Assembly: GCA_965221955.1 (NCBI GenBank)
Contig: CBDCTA010000004.1
Span: forward strand, 85,452 to 149,451
DNA: 64,000 nucleotides
Reading direction: 5' to 3'
Source of the DNA: Gammaproteobacteria bacterium
Lineage (GTDB): Bacteria; Pseudomonadota; Gammaproteobacteria; UBA4575
The notes under the pieces are model-generated. The model saw only the letters and a program-made list of their open reading frames with translations. It had not been told where the DNA came from and searched no databases. Below, piece after piece: positions 19,752-30,694 of this stretch; position 1 is the stretch's first letter, and each line of letters begins with the position of its first letter. The position numbers and the translations under genes were made by a program.

Positions 19752-22700
19752 TTAGTTTAAGAATTTTCTAGCATTTCTAAACATTCTCATCCACGGACCA
19801 TCTTCTTTCCAATATTTTGGTTGCCAAGAATATTGTACTGAACGGAATAGCCTCTCTGGGTGCGGCATCATTATCGTAAACCGCCCATCTTGATTACAGA
19901 ACCCTGTTGCACCTAAAGGTGATCCGTTTGGGTTAAATGGATATTTTTCAGTAACTTGCAAGTTATTATTAATGTATTGTATTGCGATCAAGCGTTCTTC
20001 TTGTAACTTTTGCATTGCTTCATTTGAGCAATCTGCTCTGCCTTCACCATGTGCTACCACTACAGGCAATGCTGAATTCTGCATATCTTGTAAAAATATA
20101 GATAGAGAAGCATTAATTTCTACCATCACAAGCCGAGCTTCAAATTGTTCCGAATCATTTTGTACAAATTGCGGCCATAACTCTGCACCAGGAATAATGT
20201 CTTTAAGTTGCGACATCATTTGACAACCATTACAAACGCCTAAAGCAAATACATCTTTATTATTAAAAAATTGCTCAAATTCATCTTTAAGGTAACTATT
20301 AAATAAGATTGACTTTGCCCAACCTCCTCCAGCACCTAAAACATCTCCATAAGAAAAACCACCACAGGCAACAAAGCCATTAAAGTTTTCTAGTTTTTGC
20401 CGTTGTTCAATTAAATCAGTCATATGAACATCAATGGCATCAAATCCAGCGCGATCAAATGCAGCAGCCATTTCTACATGTCCATTTACACCTTGCTCTC
20501 TTAACACTGCAATTTTTGGATTCACGCCTTTATTAACAAAAGGCAGTGCGATATCTTCATTAATATCAAAGCTTAAATTACTACTTAATCCTGGATTATT
20601 TTCATCTGTAATAATCATTAATTCTTCATCTGCACAAACTGGATTATCTCGTAATGATTGAATCGCATGGCTTGTACTTGACCATGTTTTTATCAGTTTT
20701 GACCATTTATTTTCATATACAACTTTTTCTGAATGTGAAATTGAAAGCGTATCACTATCATTTGGTTTGCCTATGACATGCATGAAAGAATCTAAATTAT
20801 ATTTAGACATTGTTCTTACAACAGCATCGTAATCTTCTTCAGCAATTTGAATCACTGCACCTAATTCTTCTGAAAATAAACTTGCGATGAAGTCGTCGCC
20901 TAAATGATCAATATGAACATCCATACCTATATGGCTAGCAAAACTCATTTCACATAGACAAGCAAATAAACCACCATCTGAACGGTCATGGTAAGCATGA
21001 ATTAGGTTTTCGGATTTCAATTCGGTAATCACTGTAAAAAAGTTTTTAAGCCGTGTTGAATCATCAAGATCTGCGGATTGGTCGCCGATCTGTGAATACA
21101 CTTGTGCTAATGCTGAACCACCTAAACGGTTTTTCTTAGCACCAAGATCTATAAGCAAAAGACGAGAGTCTTCCAAGTCCTTATTTAATTCTGGAGTTAA
21201 CGTCTTGCGTACATCTTGTACAGGAGAAAATGCAGAAATGATTAATGATAATGGTGCAGTAACAGATTTAGCTTTTACATTTTCTTCGGCACCGTCTTCT
21301 CCCTTTTCGTACCAATGGCTTTTCATCGATAGAGAGTCTTTACCAACTGGAATAGCAATTTTTAATTCAGGACACAGCTCTTCTCCCACTGCTTTTACAG
21401 TCGCAAATAAATTTGCATCTTCACCTTCATGTCCAGCAGGTGCCATCCAATTCGCAGATAATCGGATATCTGATAACTGTTTTACATCTGCTGCAAGAAT
21501 GTTTGTAATAGCTTCACCGATCGCCATACGCCCCGATGCAGGACCTGAAAGTAATGCGACAGGAGTACGCTCACCCATCGCCATGGCTTCGCCCGCATAA
21601 CCTTGATAATCACTACAGGTAACAGCAACATCTGCAACAGGCACTTGCCATGGGCCAACAAATTGATCTCTTGTAACCATACCCGTAACGGTACGATCAC
21701 CAATCGTAATTAAAAAGCTTTTAGACGCTACAGTAGGCAACTGCAGAACGCGATTAATCGCTTCACTTAATTCAATTTTCTTTGTATCAATTTCTTGAGA
21801 TAAATTCGCTTTAGAATATACATCGCGCTCCATTTTAGGTGTTTTGCCTAGCAAAACATCCATTGGCAGCTCTATAGGATAGTTATTAAATTCCTCGTCA
21901 CTAAGAACAAGCTGTTGTTCTTCTGTGCTTGCACCTAAAACTGCATAAGGACAACGCTCACGAACACATAGCGCTTCAAAGGCTTTCAACTTATTCTTAT
22001 CTACCGCAAGCACATAACGTTCTTGCGCTTCATTGCACCAAATTTCTTTTGGCGACATACCGGGTTCAGCATTTGGGATATTTCTTAACTCAAATGTGCC
22101 ACCAAGATCAGCATCATGAATGAGTTCTGGGAGCGCATTAGATAATCCACCTGCTCCTACATCATGCACTGAAAGTATTGGGCTTTCTTTACCTTGAACA
22201 ATGCACTGCTCAATGACTTCTTGGCAGCGTCTTTGCATTTCAGCATTACCACGTTGTACGGAAGCAAAATCCAAGTCTTCTGAGCGAGTACCGCTTGCCA
22301 TTGAAGATGCAGCCCCTCCGCCTAGACCAATCAACATGGCCGGGCCACCTAAAACAATAATGGGTGTGTCACTTGGGAATTTTTCTTTTAAAACGTGCTC
22401 TGATCTAACATTTCCAAGACCTCCCGCAATCATGATAGGTTTGTGATAGCCACGCACATCACTATTATCTTTTTGCTTAGAAACATCTAATTCAAAAGAT
22501 CGAAAATAACCAAGAATATTTGGACGTCCAAATTCATTATTAAAAGAAGCTGCTCCAATAGGACCTTCAATCATAATGTCTAAAGCACTGACAATTCGGT
22601 TGGGTTTACCATACTCAAATTCCCAAGGTTGTAATTTTTCAGGCAAATGTAAATTTGAAACAGAGAATCCACATAAACCTGCTTTGGGTTTACCACCGCG

Positions 22701-23669
22701 CCCAACTGCACCTTCATCTCGTATTTCTCCACCTGAACCTGTAGCTGCACCCGGAAAAGGAGAAATCGCAGTTGGATGATTATGCGTTTCGACTTTCATT
22801 AAGATATGAACATCTTCATGATCAAATTGATATTGATGATTTGCAGGATTCACATGAAAACGGGAAGCCTCATGACCTACAATGACTGCAGCATTATCAC
22901 TATAAGCTGACAATATATTTTCAGAAGAATGTTGGTAGGTATTTTTAATCATGCCAAATAAACTTTTTTGTTTAGGCTGATCATCTATTTTCCAATTGGC
23001 ATTAAAAATTTTATGTCGGCAATGTTCAGAGTTTGCTTGCGCAAACATCATCAATTCAACATCTGTAGGTGCTCTATCAAGAATCTTATAATTTTCAATT
23101 AAATATTCAATTTCATCCTCTGCAAGTGCTAAACCCATTTCTTGATTCGCTTTCGAAAGTGCATCGTGAGCATTATCGCCCAAAGATATTTGTTGTAACT
23201 CGCGCTTAGTTTCTTCTATAAATAATTTTTGACCCTCATCGAGTGAATATGAAACCGATTCAGTCATTCGATCATGCAAGTTGACATCCAACTGTTCTTT
23301 TTCTTCAGTAGTTAATGCATCACTTAAGGTGAATTCGTACCAGATACCTCGTTCGACGCGGTTTATTTTTTCTAAACCGCAGTTATGTGCAATATCTGTT
23401 GCTTTAGATGACCAAGGAGAAATCGTTCCAAAACGCGGAGTTACGAGAAGCGCAAAATCACTTTTTGATTCACTTGATGAAGATATGGATTTAGAAAGCA
23501 ATGCTTTAAGTTTCAAATGATCATTTTCAGTAATTTCACCATTCGTATGAACAAAATGAACATATCTAGCCGAAATGTTGGTGACCTTAGAAGTGAACGT
23601 TTGAAGCAGGCGCTGAAGGTTCTGAATCCTAAATGGAGATAACGCTTGATCTCCTTGAATGATCAACAT
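19752..23669 (-). CDS. purL: phosphoribosylformylglycinamidine synthase (large type)
   Basis: [37 protein letters not shown]. Confidence 0.98.
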   Translation of the reverse strand: MLIIQGDQALSPFRIQNLQRLLQTFTSKVTNISARYVHFVHTNGEITENDHLKLKALLSKSISSSSESKSDFALLVTPRFGTISPWSSKATDIAHNCGLEKINRVERGIWYEFTLSDALTTEEKEQLDVNLHDRMTESVSYSLDEGQKLFIEETKRELQQISLGDNAHDALSKANQEMGLALAEDEIEYLIENYKILDRAPTDVELMMFAQANSEHCRHKIFNANWKIDDQPKQKSLFGMIKNTYQHSSENILSAYSDNAAVIVGHEASRFHVNPANHQYQFDHEDVHILMKVETHNHPTAISPFPGAATGSGGEIRDEGAVGRGGKPKAGLCGFSVSNLHLPEKLQPWEFEYGKPNRIVSALDIMIEGPIGAASFNNEFGRPNILGYFRSFELDVSKQKDNSDVRGYHKPIMIAGGLGNVRSEHVLKEKFPSDTPIIVLGGPAMLIGLGGGAASSMASGTRSEDLDFASVQRGNAEMQRRCQEVIEQCIVQGKESPILSVHDVGAGGLSNALPELIHDADLGGTFELRNIPNAEPGMSPKEIWCNEAQERYVLAVDKNKLKAFEALCVRERCPYAVLGASTEEQQLVLSDEEFNNYPIELPMDVLLGKTPKMERDVYSKANLSQEIDTKKIELSEAINRVLQLPTVASKSFLITIGDRTVTGMVTRDQFVGPWQVPVADVAVTCSDYQGYAGEAMAMGERTPVALLSGPASGRMAIGEAITNILAADVKQLSDIRLSANWMAPAGHEGEDANLFATVKAVGEELCPELKIAIPVGKDSLSMKSHWYEKGEDGAEENVKAKSVTAPLSLIISAFSPVQDVRKTLTPELNKDLEDSRLLLIDLGAKKNRLGGSALAQVYSQIGDQSADLDDSTRLKNFFTVITELKSENLIHAYHDRSDGGLFACLCEMSFASHIGMDVHIDHLGDDFIASLFSEELGAVIQIAEEDYDAVVRTMSKYNLDSFMHVIGKPNDSDTLSISHSEKVVYENKWSKLIKTWSSTSHAIQSLRDNPVCADEELMIITDENNPGLSSNLSFDINEDIALPFVNKGVNPKIAVLREQGVNGHVEMAAAFDRAGFDAIDVHMTDLIEQRQKLENFNGFVACGGFSYGDVLGAGGGWAKSILFNSYLKDEFEQFFNNKDVFALGVCNGCQMMSQLKDIIPGAELWPQFVQNDSEQFEARLVMVEINASLSIFLQDMQNSALPVVVAHGEGRADCSNEAMQKLQEERLIAIQYINNNLQVTEKYPFNPNGSPLGATGFCNQDGRFTIMMPHPERLFRSVQYSWQPKYWKEDGPWMRMFRNARKFLN

Positions 23670-23830
23670 TTAAAATGAACGCCTTTTAGGTGAAAAATCA
23701 GTACTAAAGAGGCCGGAATCATATCGGAAAAGTACGGTCCAATATATAGATCGTGCGTTTTATCAACAATGTTTGATACTTATATATAGTATAGTTATAT
23801 ATTCATCGTATCGCTCTTATGTAAACAATG

Positions 23831-24187
23831 GGGGGCGACTCGGTTTCGACGTGGATTGCGAAACTGGAGGTGCATGCCGAGGATGTTAGCTAGCCTCGTA
23901 AATAATGCTGCAAAATTATAGTTGCAAACGATGACAACTACGCTCTAGCTGCTTAAAAACCAGTCTATTGCCGTCCGACCAGTTCAGCTTACGGTTCTGA
24001 CTCGGGCGTAACCTTAGTAAGCTCGTGGTGAAGTCTGTCTGGAGCGGATCCATTAAAACTAATCCAGGCTCCCCGTTATATGCCCTGTCGTTCGGGAGTA
24101 TAGCGGTTAAGTTAAAGAGCGACTAAGCATGTAGTACCAAAGGCAGAGAATTTGCGGACGCGGGTTCGATTCCCGCCGCCTCCACCA
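23831..24187 (+). ncRNA. ssrA: tmRNA; proteolysis tag (A)ANDDNYALAA
   Basis: 5' GGGGGCG pairs with 3' CGCCTCC-ACCA; T-arm GGTTCGATTCC; tag frame gca aac gat gac aac tac gct cta gct gct taa. Confidence 0.98.
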
Positions 24188-24292
24188 ATGATTTAATCAA
24201 ACATATTAGAAGGCATTTTGGGGATTCCTTTTACTTCTTAATTCTCTTCACTTATTTTTTAAAAAAAGCCAATAGATACTGTTCATTTGAGT

Positions 24293-24346
24293 CGAATTAC
24301 GACTAGGGATGCGGGTTTTGTAAAGGGGTGAACTTACCCACTCTAC
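24293..24346 (+). repeat. degenerate ~54 bp repeat, copy 1
   Basis: Ungapped alignment with 28996-29049 gives 39/54 identity by manual count. Confidence 0.7.
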
Positions 24347-24406
24347 CTAGTCATACAGAATTTTTGCTTAAAACTCTTAAACTATTAGTACATAGTTCGA
24401 AATTAA

Positions 24407-26468
24407 TTATCCGATCGCAGTATCTTGGATATTGTCCCAATTGATAACTATAGTTGTGGGTTCGTCAAAGTAATATCCTTGTCCATAATCAACACCAATA
24501 CCTTTTAGTATTTTTAAAATTTCTTCATTTTCAACGAACTCCGCTACCGTTTGTTTCCCACTGGCGCTCGCAATCTCATGAATTGACTTCACGGTGGCTC
24601 GATCTATCGAGTCGGCATCCATGTTTTTCACAAAGGCACCATCAATTTTTATAATATCGACAGGCAAATTCTTTAAATATTGAAATGAAGAAAGCCCGCT
24701 TCCAAAATCATCTAGTGCAAATAAACATCCATGATCTTTTAATTTGTTTATAAAATTCTTAGCATTTGTAATATCTGTGACGGCAGCGCTTTCGGTGATT
24801 TCGAAGCATATTTTATTGGCTGGCATATTTACTTCAATGAGCTTATCGATAATAAAATCAGCCATATTTAAATTACTAAAGCTTTGTCCTGATAAATTTA
24901 TATTGCACACGCCTAAATGTTCTAGCTGCTCAGGATGACTCATCAATAATTCAAAAGTATGACTGATCACCCATTGATCCAGTTTGGTTGCAAGATGATA
25001 TCGTTCTGCAGTGGGAAGAAATCCATACGGACTCATCAATTGGCCTTCGTTTGAGACCATCCTGATCAGCACTTCAAAGTGTGGTGTGCGATGTGTTTGA
25101 GGATTCAATGGGACGATATTCTGGCGATACAGTACAAATCGATTTTCTTCAAGCGCTAAGTGAATTTGATTGATACATGACATTTCGGTTCGTTTACGTG
25201 CAAGTTCAGTATCCGATTTATTAAAGGCGTGCACTCGATTGCGTCCTAATTCTTTTGCTACTGCACACGCTGTATCTGCAATATTTAATATCTCACCGGC
25301 TGTACAGTTTTGCGCATCGATTTCTGCTAATCCAATGCATGCACTGATACGAAATGCTTTGTCTTCCCACATATAACGTAGATTTTCAATATCATCGCGA
25401 ATTTTATTACTAATTTTCAGCGCGGTATCCATATCGCAGTCATACAAGATAAAGCAAAATTCATCGCCACCAATTCGCGATACAAAATCTGATCGTCTCA
25501 CACCATTTTTTATAATTGCTGCAATGTTTTTTAATAGTTCATCTCCTGCAATATGACCGCAGGTGTCATTTACAATTTTGAATTGATCTAAATCGAGATA
25601 ACAAAGCATGTTATTGCAATCATTGCCTGTTGAATCTGATTGCGCAGTATAACTATTTAAATTTCGTTCTAGTTCACGACGGTTATATAAATCGGTAAGG
25701 GCATCGTGAGAAGCTTGATGGGATAAGGTATTGGTTAATATAGAAAGGCTTTTGCTAAGATCGACAATTTCCTTAGGCCCTTTATTGATACCTTCAAAAC
25801 TCGTTATATTTCCCAAGGATGATTCAGCAGCATGTTTAAGTTTCCCTAGTGGATCACATACACGTTTATACGCCCATATCCATAATATAAATAAGAACAT
25901 ACCAAAAATACCCGCACCTATTATTCTCGCGTGACGTGCACTTTCTCTTTTGTCTAGTAAAAGTTTAAATCTTTGATCCGTCATTACTTGTGCATGATTC
26001 AGTAAATCAGTGACATTGGTTGCAAGACGTTGGGTCGTTTTATCCGATTGCAATAACAAGTTATTCAAGGTTGATTGACGGTCATCACCTAAAATATTTC
26101 TTGATTGAGCAAGTAGATTATTTACTTGTTTAACATCATTTTTACTTTGAATTAATAATTGTGGATTATCAAAAATAGTAGAATAAGATGTAAATTTTTG
26201 AATGGTTTTAGAGAGTAATCGACCTTTTTCAATTGCCCCATCAATAAGATAGGTTTCACCGCTACCCAGAATTAAATCTACACTTATAAAGTATTGATAT
26301 AATTCCTTTTCAAATGTTCTTAAATTACTGATAACAATTTGATCAGAAATATTTTCATTTGATACGGACGTAACACTATTTCGCCTTATCATTAATGATA
26401 TATTCAAGCACAAACCCACTGGACAAGCAGGCTAAAATGATCACAGCAAAATATAATTTAATATTCAA
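24407..26468 (-). CDS. membrane-anchored GGDEF-EAL protein with periplasmic and HAMP-like regions; apparent frameshift at ~26380
   Basis: HDALTDLYNR, RIGGDEF, EVLIR, EITE, ALDDFGSG, KIDG, QGY; the N-terminal TM (MNIKLYFAVIILACL, TTG at 26468) is in another frame. Confidence 0.88.
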
Positions 26469-26488
26469 GGCGATAGCTGAATCAAAAA

Positions 26489-27507
26489 CTATTGATGTAC
26501 ACCACTCATGAAATAAACTTCTGAAGCTGCAATTTCTGCAAGCGTATTACACTCAGATGGAATAGCTATCGTTCTACCCACTACCACATCAAATGATTCC
26601 TTTATTTCTTGACTGGGCCATATAGATTTAGGGAGTATGGCTAAAATTTTCCCATATGTTGAAAATAACCACATAAATTCACCCATTTGTTCATCAGCAT
26701 TCCATTGTGCTTCTACCAAATAACCGAGCAGATTCTTATTGTGATCATTTATCTGAAAACTTTTGATGGAATCAAAATTAATGAACGTAGAATCATAACC
26801 TAACGCTTCATGTACCTCTGAGCGATCCATCGACAATGAATCCTTAGCTGCGATCTCAATTTCTTTTGCTTGTGGGAAATATTTTTTAGTCAAAGCATGT
26901 TGATGAAATATTTTGAGATCTTCTTTCCATACGATATCTGTGACAGAAATTGTCTTCAACGCGGATTGCACAATCGATAACGATAAAGATTGAATGTCGT
27001 CTGATTTTATAGAAAGGTCGATATCGAGTTTATTCCCTTCAGAATTAAGCATGTTTAATATTTGCTTAAATGTTTTTCCTTTCAAATAATCTTTAAAAAA
27101 TTTAAATTTGAATCACTGCACGCAGGAATACGGCATCGCTGTATATAAAAATTATGCACCGATAAATCGAAATTTAATGCCCATGCAATTTCTACAATTC
27201 CCCAATCAGACAACTCTGAACGTGCATGGATTAGACCGGTAGGTGTTTTATCGTCTAACGCGACATATAACGTATGTTTTCCAAGTTCATTAAAATGCAA
27301 TGTGAATGGTAACTGCTCACTCACCGCGTTGCGTGCTTCTTTGTCTACAACCTTTACGATTGATTGATGATCTGTGGCTTGTGGATATAGATGATGAATA
27401 GCAGCCATGGGATCACGCAGTGAACAGTATGCGTTGGCACTCACAATAGATGGAATGCACATTAACCCTATACAAATCAGAAATTGGAGGTTTCGAATTT
27501 TTATCAT
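26489..27507 (-). CDS. exported protein with two FMN-bind-like repeats, probably one gene split in a T-run at ~27095
   Basis: Signal peptide; LYPQA and YFPQA units each followed by beta-strands; adding one T joins ...NF-FKDYLKGKTF. Confidence 0.55.
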
Positions 27508-27546
27508 CTTGTATCCTTTTTAGTACGCATTTGATGGGTACACTAA

Positions 27547-28617
27547 TTAAATCCTCACTCTTAATTGAAATGAGGCCGTGGTATCTGCTTTCATACCTGT
27601 GGGGTTATCAACTTCATGAAAAAGTTGTGAGCTCAACGAAAGTTGTCTATTGAATTTCCAAGTAGCACCAAAGGTGAGACCCAAGGCTTCATCCCAGCTA
27701 CCTTTTAACTTTTCATACGAAGTATTTGTTTGGAGGTATAATTGAATAGATTCAGCTAAATTGCGCCATGAGAGTTCGCCCAACCAGTTGAATACTTCAT
27801 TGTCATCATTTTCACCACCCGAGAACTCAGACAAAAGTTCCCATTGATAAATGTAGTGTGCGATATCAATGCCTAGATGTTTTCTTTTAACTGCTTGATC
27901 ACCGGCAAGCACTTCTCCGTAAAAGTAGGAGAACCCAAAAATTGTATTTTGATGACTCGGCGTCCCCACCCGTCCAGATAGGACATAAGGATTGTCACGA
28001 TCTAAAAATTCATTACTGGATCCACGTGTAAATGCAAACTCGTAATCGAATTTCGGCAAGCTGCCATTTATTGAAGTACCCCAGTCAGCTTTGATCCCTC
28101 TTTTTTTGAATGTATATTGTCGCAGCGTACCATTCGTATCAGTGTTTTGTTCCAATCCAAATGGAACTTCAAAATGTCCAATTCGGATATTAAATTTCCC
28201 ATGGGCCAGTCCGGTGTAGTTAAAATTTGCAATTCGCCACGTAAGTTCCCAATCATCTCCATCATCAAAGAAAAAAGGTGGATTCGGAATATTTTTAAGA
28301 TGTACAAGATAAGGTTGGAATACTAAGGTGCCATAGTCTCCATTCGAACCCGAAAAGACTTTATGTAGATCAAACCCATATACATCTTGTGCATACCACT
28401 CATCTGCTTCTAGGTTTCGTATTTGGCGTGTCGAGACATCCAATGCCCATCGTAGATTTTCCAATATTTTATTTTCCTCAAATTCGCTCACCGTAATCTC
28501 AGATTGCTCTGCGCCTAATGTGTCGGAAGAATATGAATCAGGATCTGCCAATGCGGATATACTGATCATCATTAAAAGAGGAATGAAACTTAAGTATTTA
28601 ATAAAGTGTGCTTCCAT
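27547..28617 (-). CDS. putative outer-membrane porin-like beta-barrel
   Basis: Signal peptide, NIRIGHFEVPFGLE, alternating aromatic strands, C-terminal FQLRVRI. Confidence 0.7.
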   Translation of the reverse strand: MEAHFIKYLSFIPLLMMISISALADPDSYSSDTLGAEQSEITVSEFEENKILENLRWALDVSTRQIRNLEADEWYAQDVYGFDLHKVFSGSNGDYGTLVFQPYLVHLKNIPNPPFFFDDGDDWELTWRIANFNYTGLAHGKFNIRIGHFEVPFGLEQNTDTNGTLRQYTFKKRGIKADWGTSINGSLPKFDYEFAFTRGSSNEFLDRDNPYVLSGRVGTPSHQNTIFGFSYFYGEVLAGDQAVKRKHLGIDIAHYIYQWELLSEFSGGENDDNEVFNWLGELSWRNLAESIQLYLQTNTSYEKLKGSWDEALGLTFGATWKFNRQLSLSSQLFHEVDNPTGMKADTTASFQLRVRI

Positions 28618-28995
28618 GCTTTTGCCAGCTTTTACAAATAGTTACCCACATTAATTATCGGCAGCACATGCAATAACTTGTATCGAATTACGAGTTTATG
28701 GGTCATAAATATGAAAAATGTGAGCAAATACACCACATTTAAAATACAAATAGAAAATTTATAAGAAAGTTCAGTAAGTTACAGAGAGTCTGTACCTATC
28801 GAAAAATTTATGCGCTATATCAAATAACGATTAAATTGTTATATAGAGAGAATACCGAAGCAGCTTATAAAATTTGCTTTTGTTTCAACTCAACAAATTT
28901 GAGGGGTACTTTTGGGGGTATTTAGGATTGCTAGAATAAATTTATTCAATTCAATCAGGATTTTATTCAATTAATGTAGTTGATGACCCGTCAAC

Positions 28996-29049
28996 CGAAT
29001 TAATATCAGGGACGTGGGTTCTGTAGTGGGGTGAGCATCCTTACTCAAC
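28996..29049 (+). repeat. degenerate ~54 bp repeat, copy 2
   Basis: cgaattaatatcagggacgtgggttctgtagtggggtgagcatccttactcaac versus copy 1. Confidence 0.7.
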
Positions 29050-29111
29050 TTTTTAGAATGTCCGCTTTGGGTCCTTAGCGGGCATTTTGGTAATTAGTTG
29101 CTTTGTCTATT

Positions 29112-29729
29112 TTATGCTTGACTCGCTACGCCACAATGCTCGAAAGATACAAACTTTGGACCAGGAATATATGCGGATTCAATTGTATTAATCTTAAATC
29201 CACCCTCCTCAAGATAACGTGGAATGGGTCGATTAAGATGACATCCACCAGCAATTTTCCCCCATAACGGATCGATCCGCTCTTGCCATTTGCGAACATT
29301 TTCATCCGGCGCTTCACCATGTTCACAAAAAATAAGACTACCTCCCGGCTTGAGCACTCTACGCATTTGCTGTAAAGCTAGTTTCCAATCCGGAATAGTA
29401 CAAAGCGTATATGTAAGAACCACAGTATCAACACTATTGTCTTCTAATGGTATCTCTTCACTTGGCAAGTCCAACCATCGAACTTCAAACGGTGCACGTT
29501 TAAGGTTAGTTTGTGCTTTCTTACGCATCCCTTCTGATGGTTCAAGTCCCCATACCAATTCTATATTTTCGGCATTGTAGTGAGGAATATTTAATCCTGA
29601 TCCCATACCAATTTCTAATACTCGACCTTTTGCGAGAGGAACTACCTTTTCACGTTGATCCTGTATATCTTTTAGGCCACAAACAAAATTTATAAAATGC
29701 GGTAAACAATATCTTTCGTAAATACTCAT
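29112..29729 (-). CDS. class I SAM-dependent methyltransferase
   Basis: VLEIGMGSG, DTVVLTYTLCTI, RVLKPGG, CEHG, GGCHLNR. Confidence 0.9.
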   Translation of the reverse strand: MSIYERYCLPHFINFVCGLKDIQDQREKVVPLAKGRVLEIGMGSGLNIPHYNAENIELVWGLEPSEGMRKKAQTNLKRAPFEVRWLDLPSEEIPLEDNSVDTVVLTYTLCTIPDWKLALQQMRRVLKPGGSLIFCEHGEAPDENVRKWQERIDPLWGKIAGGCHLNRPIPRYLEEGGFKINTIESAYIPGPKFVSFEHCGVASQA

Positions 29730-29788
29730 GATTATGAACTCTCTTTGGTCAACTAATACCTGAGAACTTTATCGTAGGATGTATTCTA

Positions 29789-29804
29789 TAGCTACCGCCT
29801 CCAC
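29789..29804 (+). repeat. att-like copy of tmRNA 3' end (TAGCTACCGCCTCCAC)
   Basis: 16/16 identical to 36764-36779; last 10 nt match tmRNA 24176-24185. Confidence 0.75.
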
Positions 29805-29859
29805 TACCCACTTATGTGCTAAAGCGTACATATACGTAGGAGCATATCTTAAAAATTTA

Positions 29860-29899
29860 GACTAGAAATTCGGTTCTGTAGCGAAGTGATTCACTCTAC
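29860..29899 (+). repeat. degenerate repeat, copy 3 (shorter, gapped)
   Basis: gactag...ggttctgtag...gtga...cactctac shares blocks with copies 1 and 2. Confidence 0.5.
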
Positions 29900-30173
29900 T
29901 CTTAACGAATAAGAGCATATTTAGTTGAGGAGACATCCTTAAAACAATAGGTGGAAATCTTATTAGATAAGAGCAGGACATGGCGCTGTCTTATTTTGAT
30001 GCAACCTTCCATCAAATAAGGCCTCACGAATATCCGCTTACTACCAAAATGGATGCTCATATTTTGATATAGATCAATATAATGCAACCCTTTAGCATGA
30101 AATTGTTGCAACTTTTTTATTCTAGGTCTAGTCTAAAAGCACATAAAAGGTAAAAGTAAATTTAAAGCATAAG

Positions 30174-30599
30174 ATGAGTATTCTTCATAAAATAAGAAGA
30201 AAAACTTTATTCAGCCGGGTTATATTACCCTCGCTGATATTATCGCTTTTATTATTGCCATTGGCCTCATGGAGTTCATTCGAACACACCATGCAATCCT
30301 CCTCACATTCTGGCAATGAAATGGAAATGAGCGCTGATGTCAATATGAACAATTGTCATCAAATATCTAATAATATAGATCAGCAAAGTCGTACTAAAAA
30401 TTGCTGCAAAGATATTGGGTCAGGTCATAGCTGCCAGGATTGTCAAAATAGTTGTACTTCGACAGTATTCTTTATCTCTAACACTAAGAATTTAAACCAA
30501 TTAATATCTAACCTTGGGTTCATACAGTCTTTCCAGTCTGCGATCTCATCCAGAAAAATAAGCCCCCCTTTTCGACCGCCAATAACACTTCTTTCATAG
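30174..30599 (+). CDS. Cys/His/Met-rich exported leader protein ending in PPFRPP (CopL/CruR/CutF-like)
   Basis: Hydrophobic signal segment, HSCQDCQNSC, C-terminal SPPFRPPITLLS; directly upstream of the cus operon. Confidence 0.7.
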   Translation: MSILHKIRRKTLFSRVILPSLILSLLLLPLASWSSFEHTMQSSSHSGNEMEMSADVNMNNCHQISNNIDQQSRTKNCCKDIGSGHSCQDCQNSCTSTVFFISNTKNLNQLISNLGFIQSFQSAISSRKISPPFRPPITLLS

Positions 30600-30694
30600 A
30601 GTTATTCATACACCATAATTGAGCGCCCATACGAAGGTGCTCTATGTGTTTCGAACTCAGTCATTCGAGTTGAACTTTTGAAAGGAGCACTGTT

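Noticed and set aside
19972-23520. Many short antisense ORFs within purL (likewise in cusA, the oxoprolinase and the pilT genes)
   Set aside because: They fully overlap well-supported genes on the opposite strand, as expected from codon bias.
23773-23803. Sigma70 promoter for ssrA (TTGATA...TATATA/TATATT)
   Set aside because: Plausible, but the spacing is ambiguous in a very AT-rich tract, so it is not reported as a feature.
24293-29899. Repeats read as a CRISPR array or integron attC sites
   Set aside because: Only three degenerate copies 0.8-4.7 kb apart, no RYYYAAC/GTTRRRY ends, and no cas or intI gene in the window.
29902-30111. 69-aa minus-strand ORF inside the island
   Set aside because: No recognisable motif or RBS and no integrase-like residues; probably spurious.
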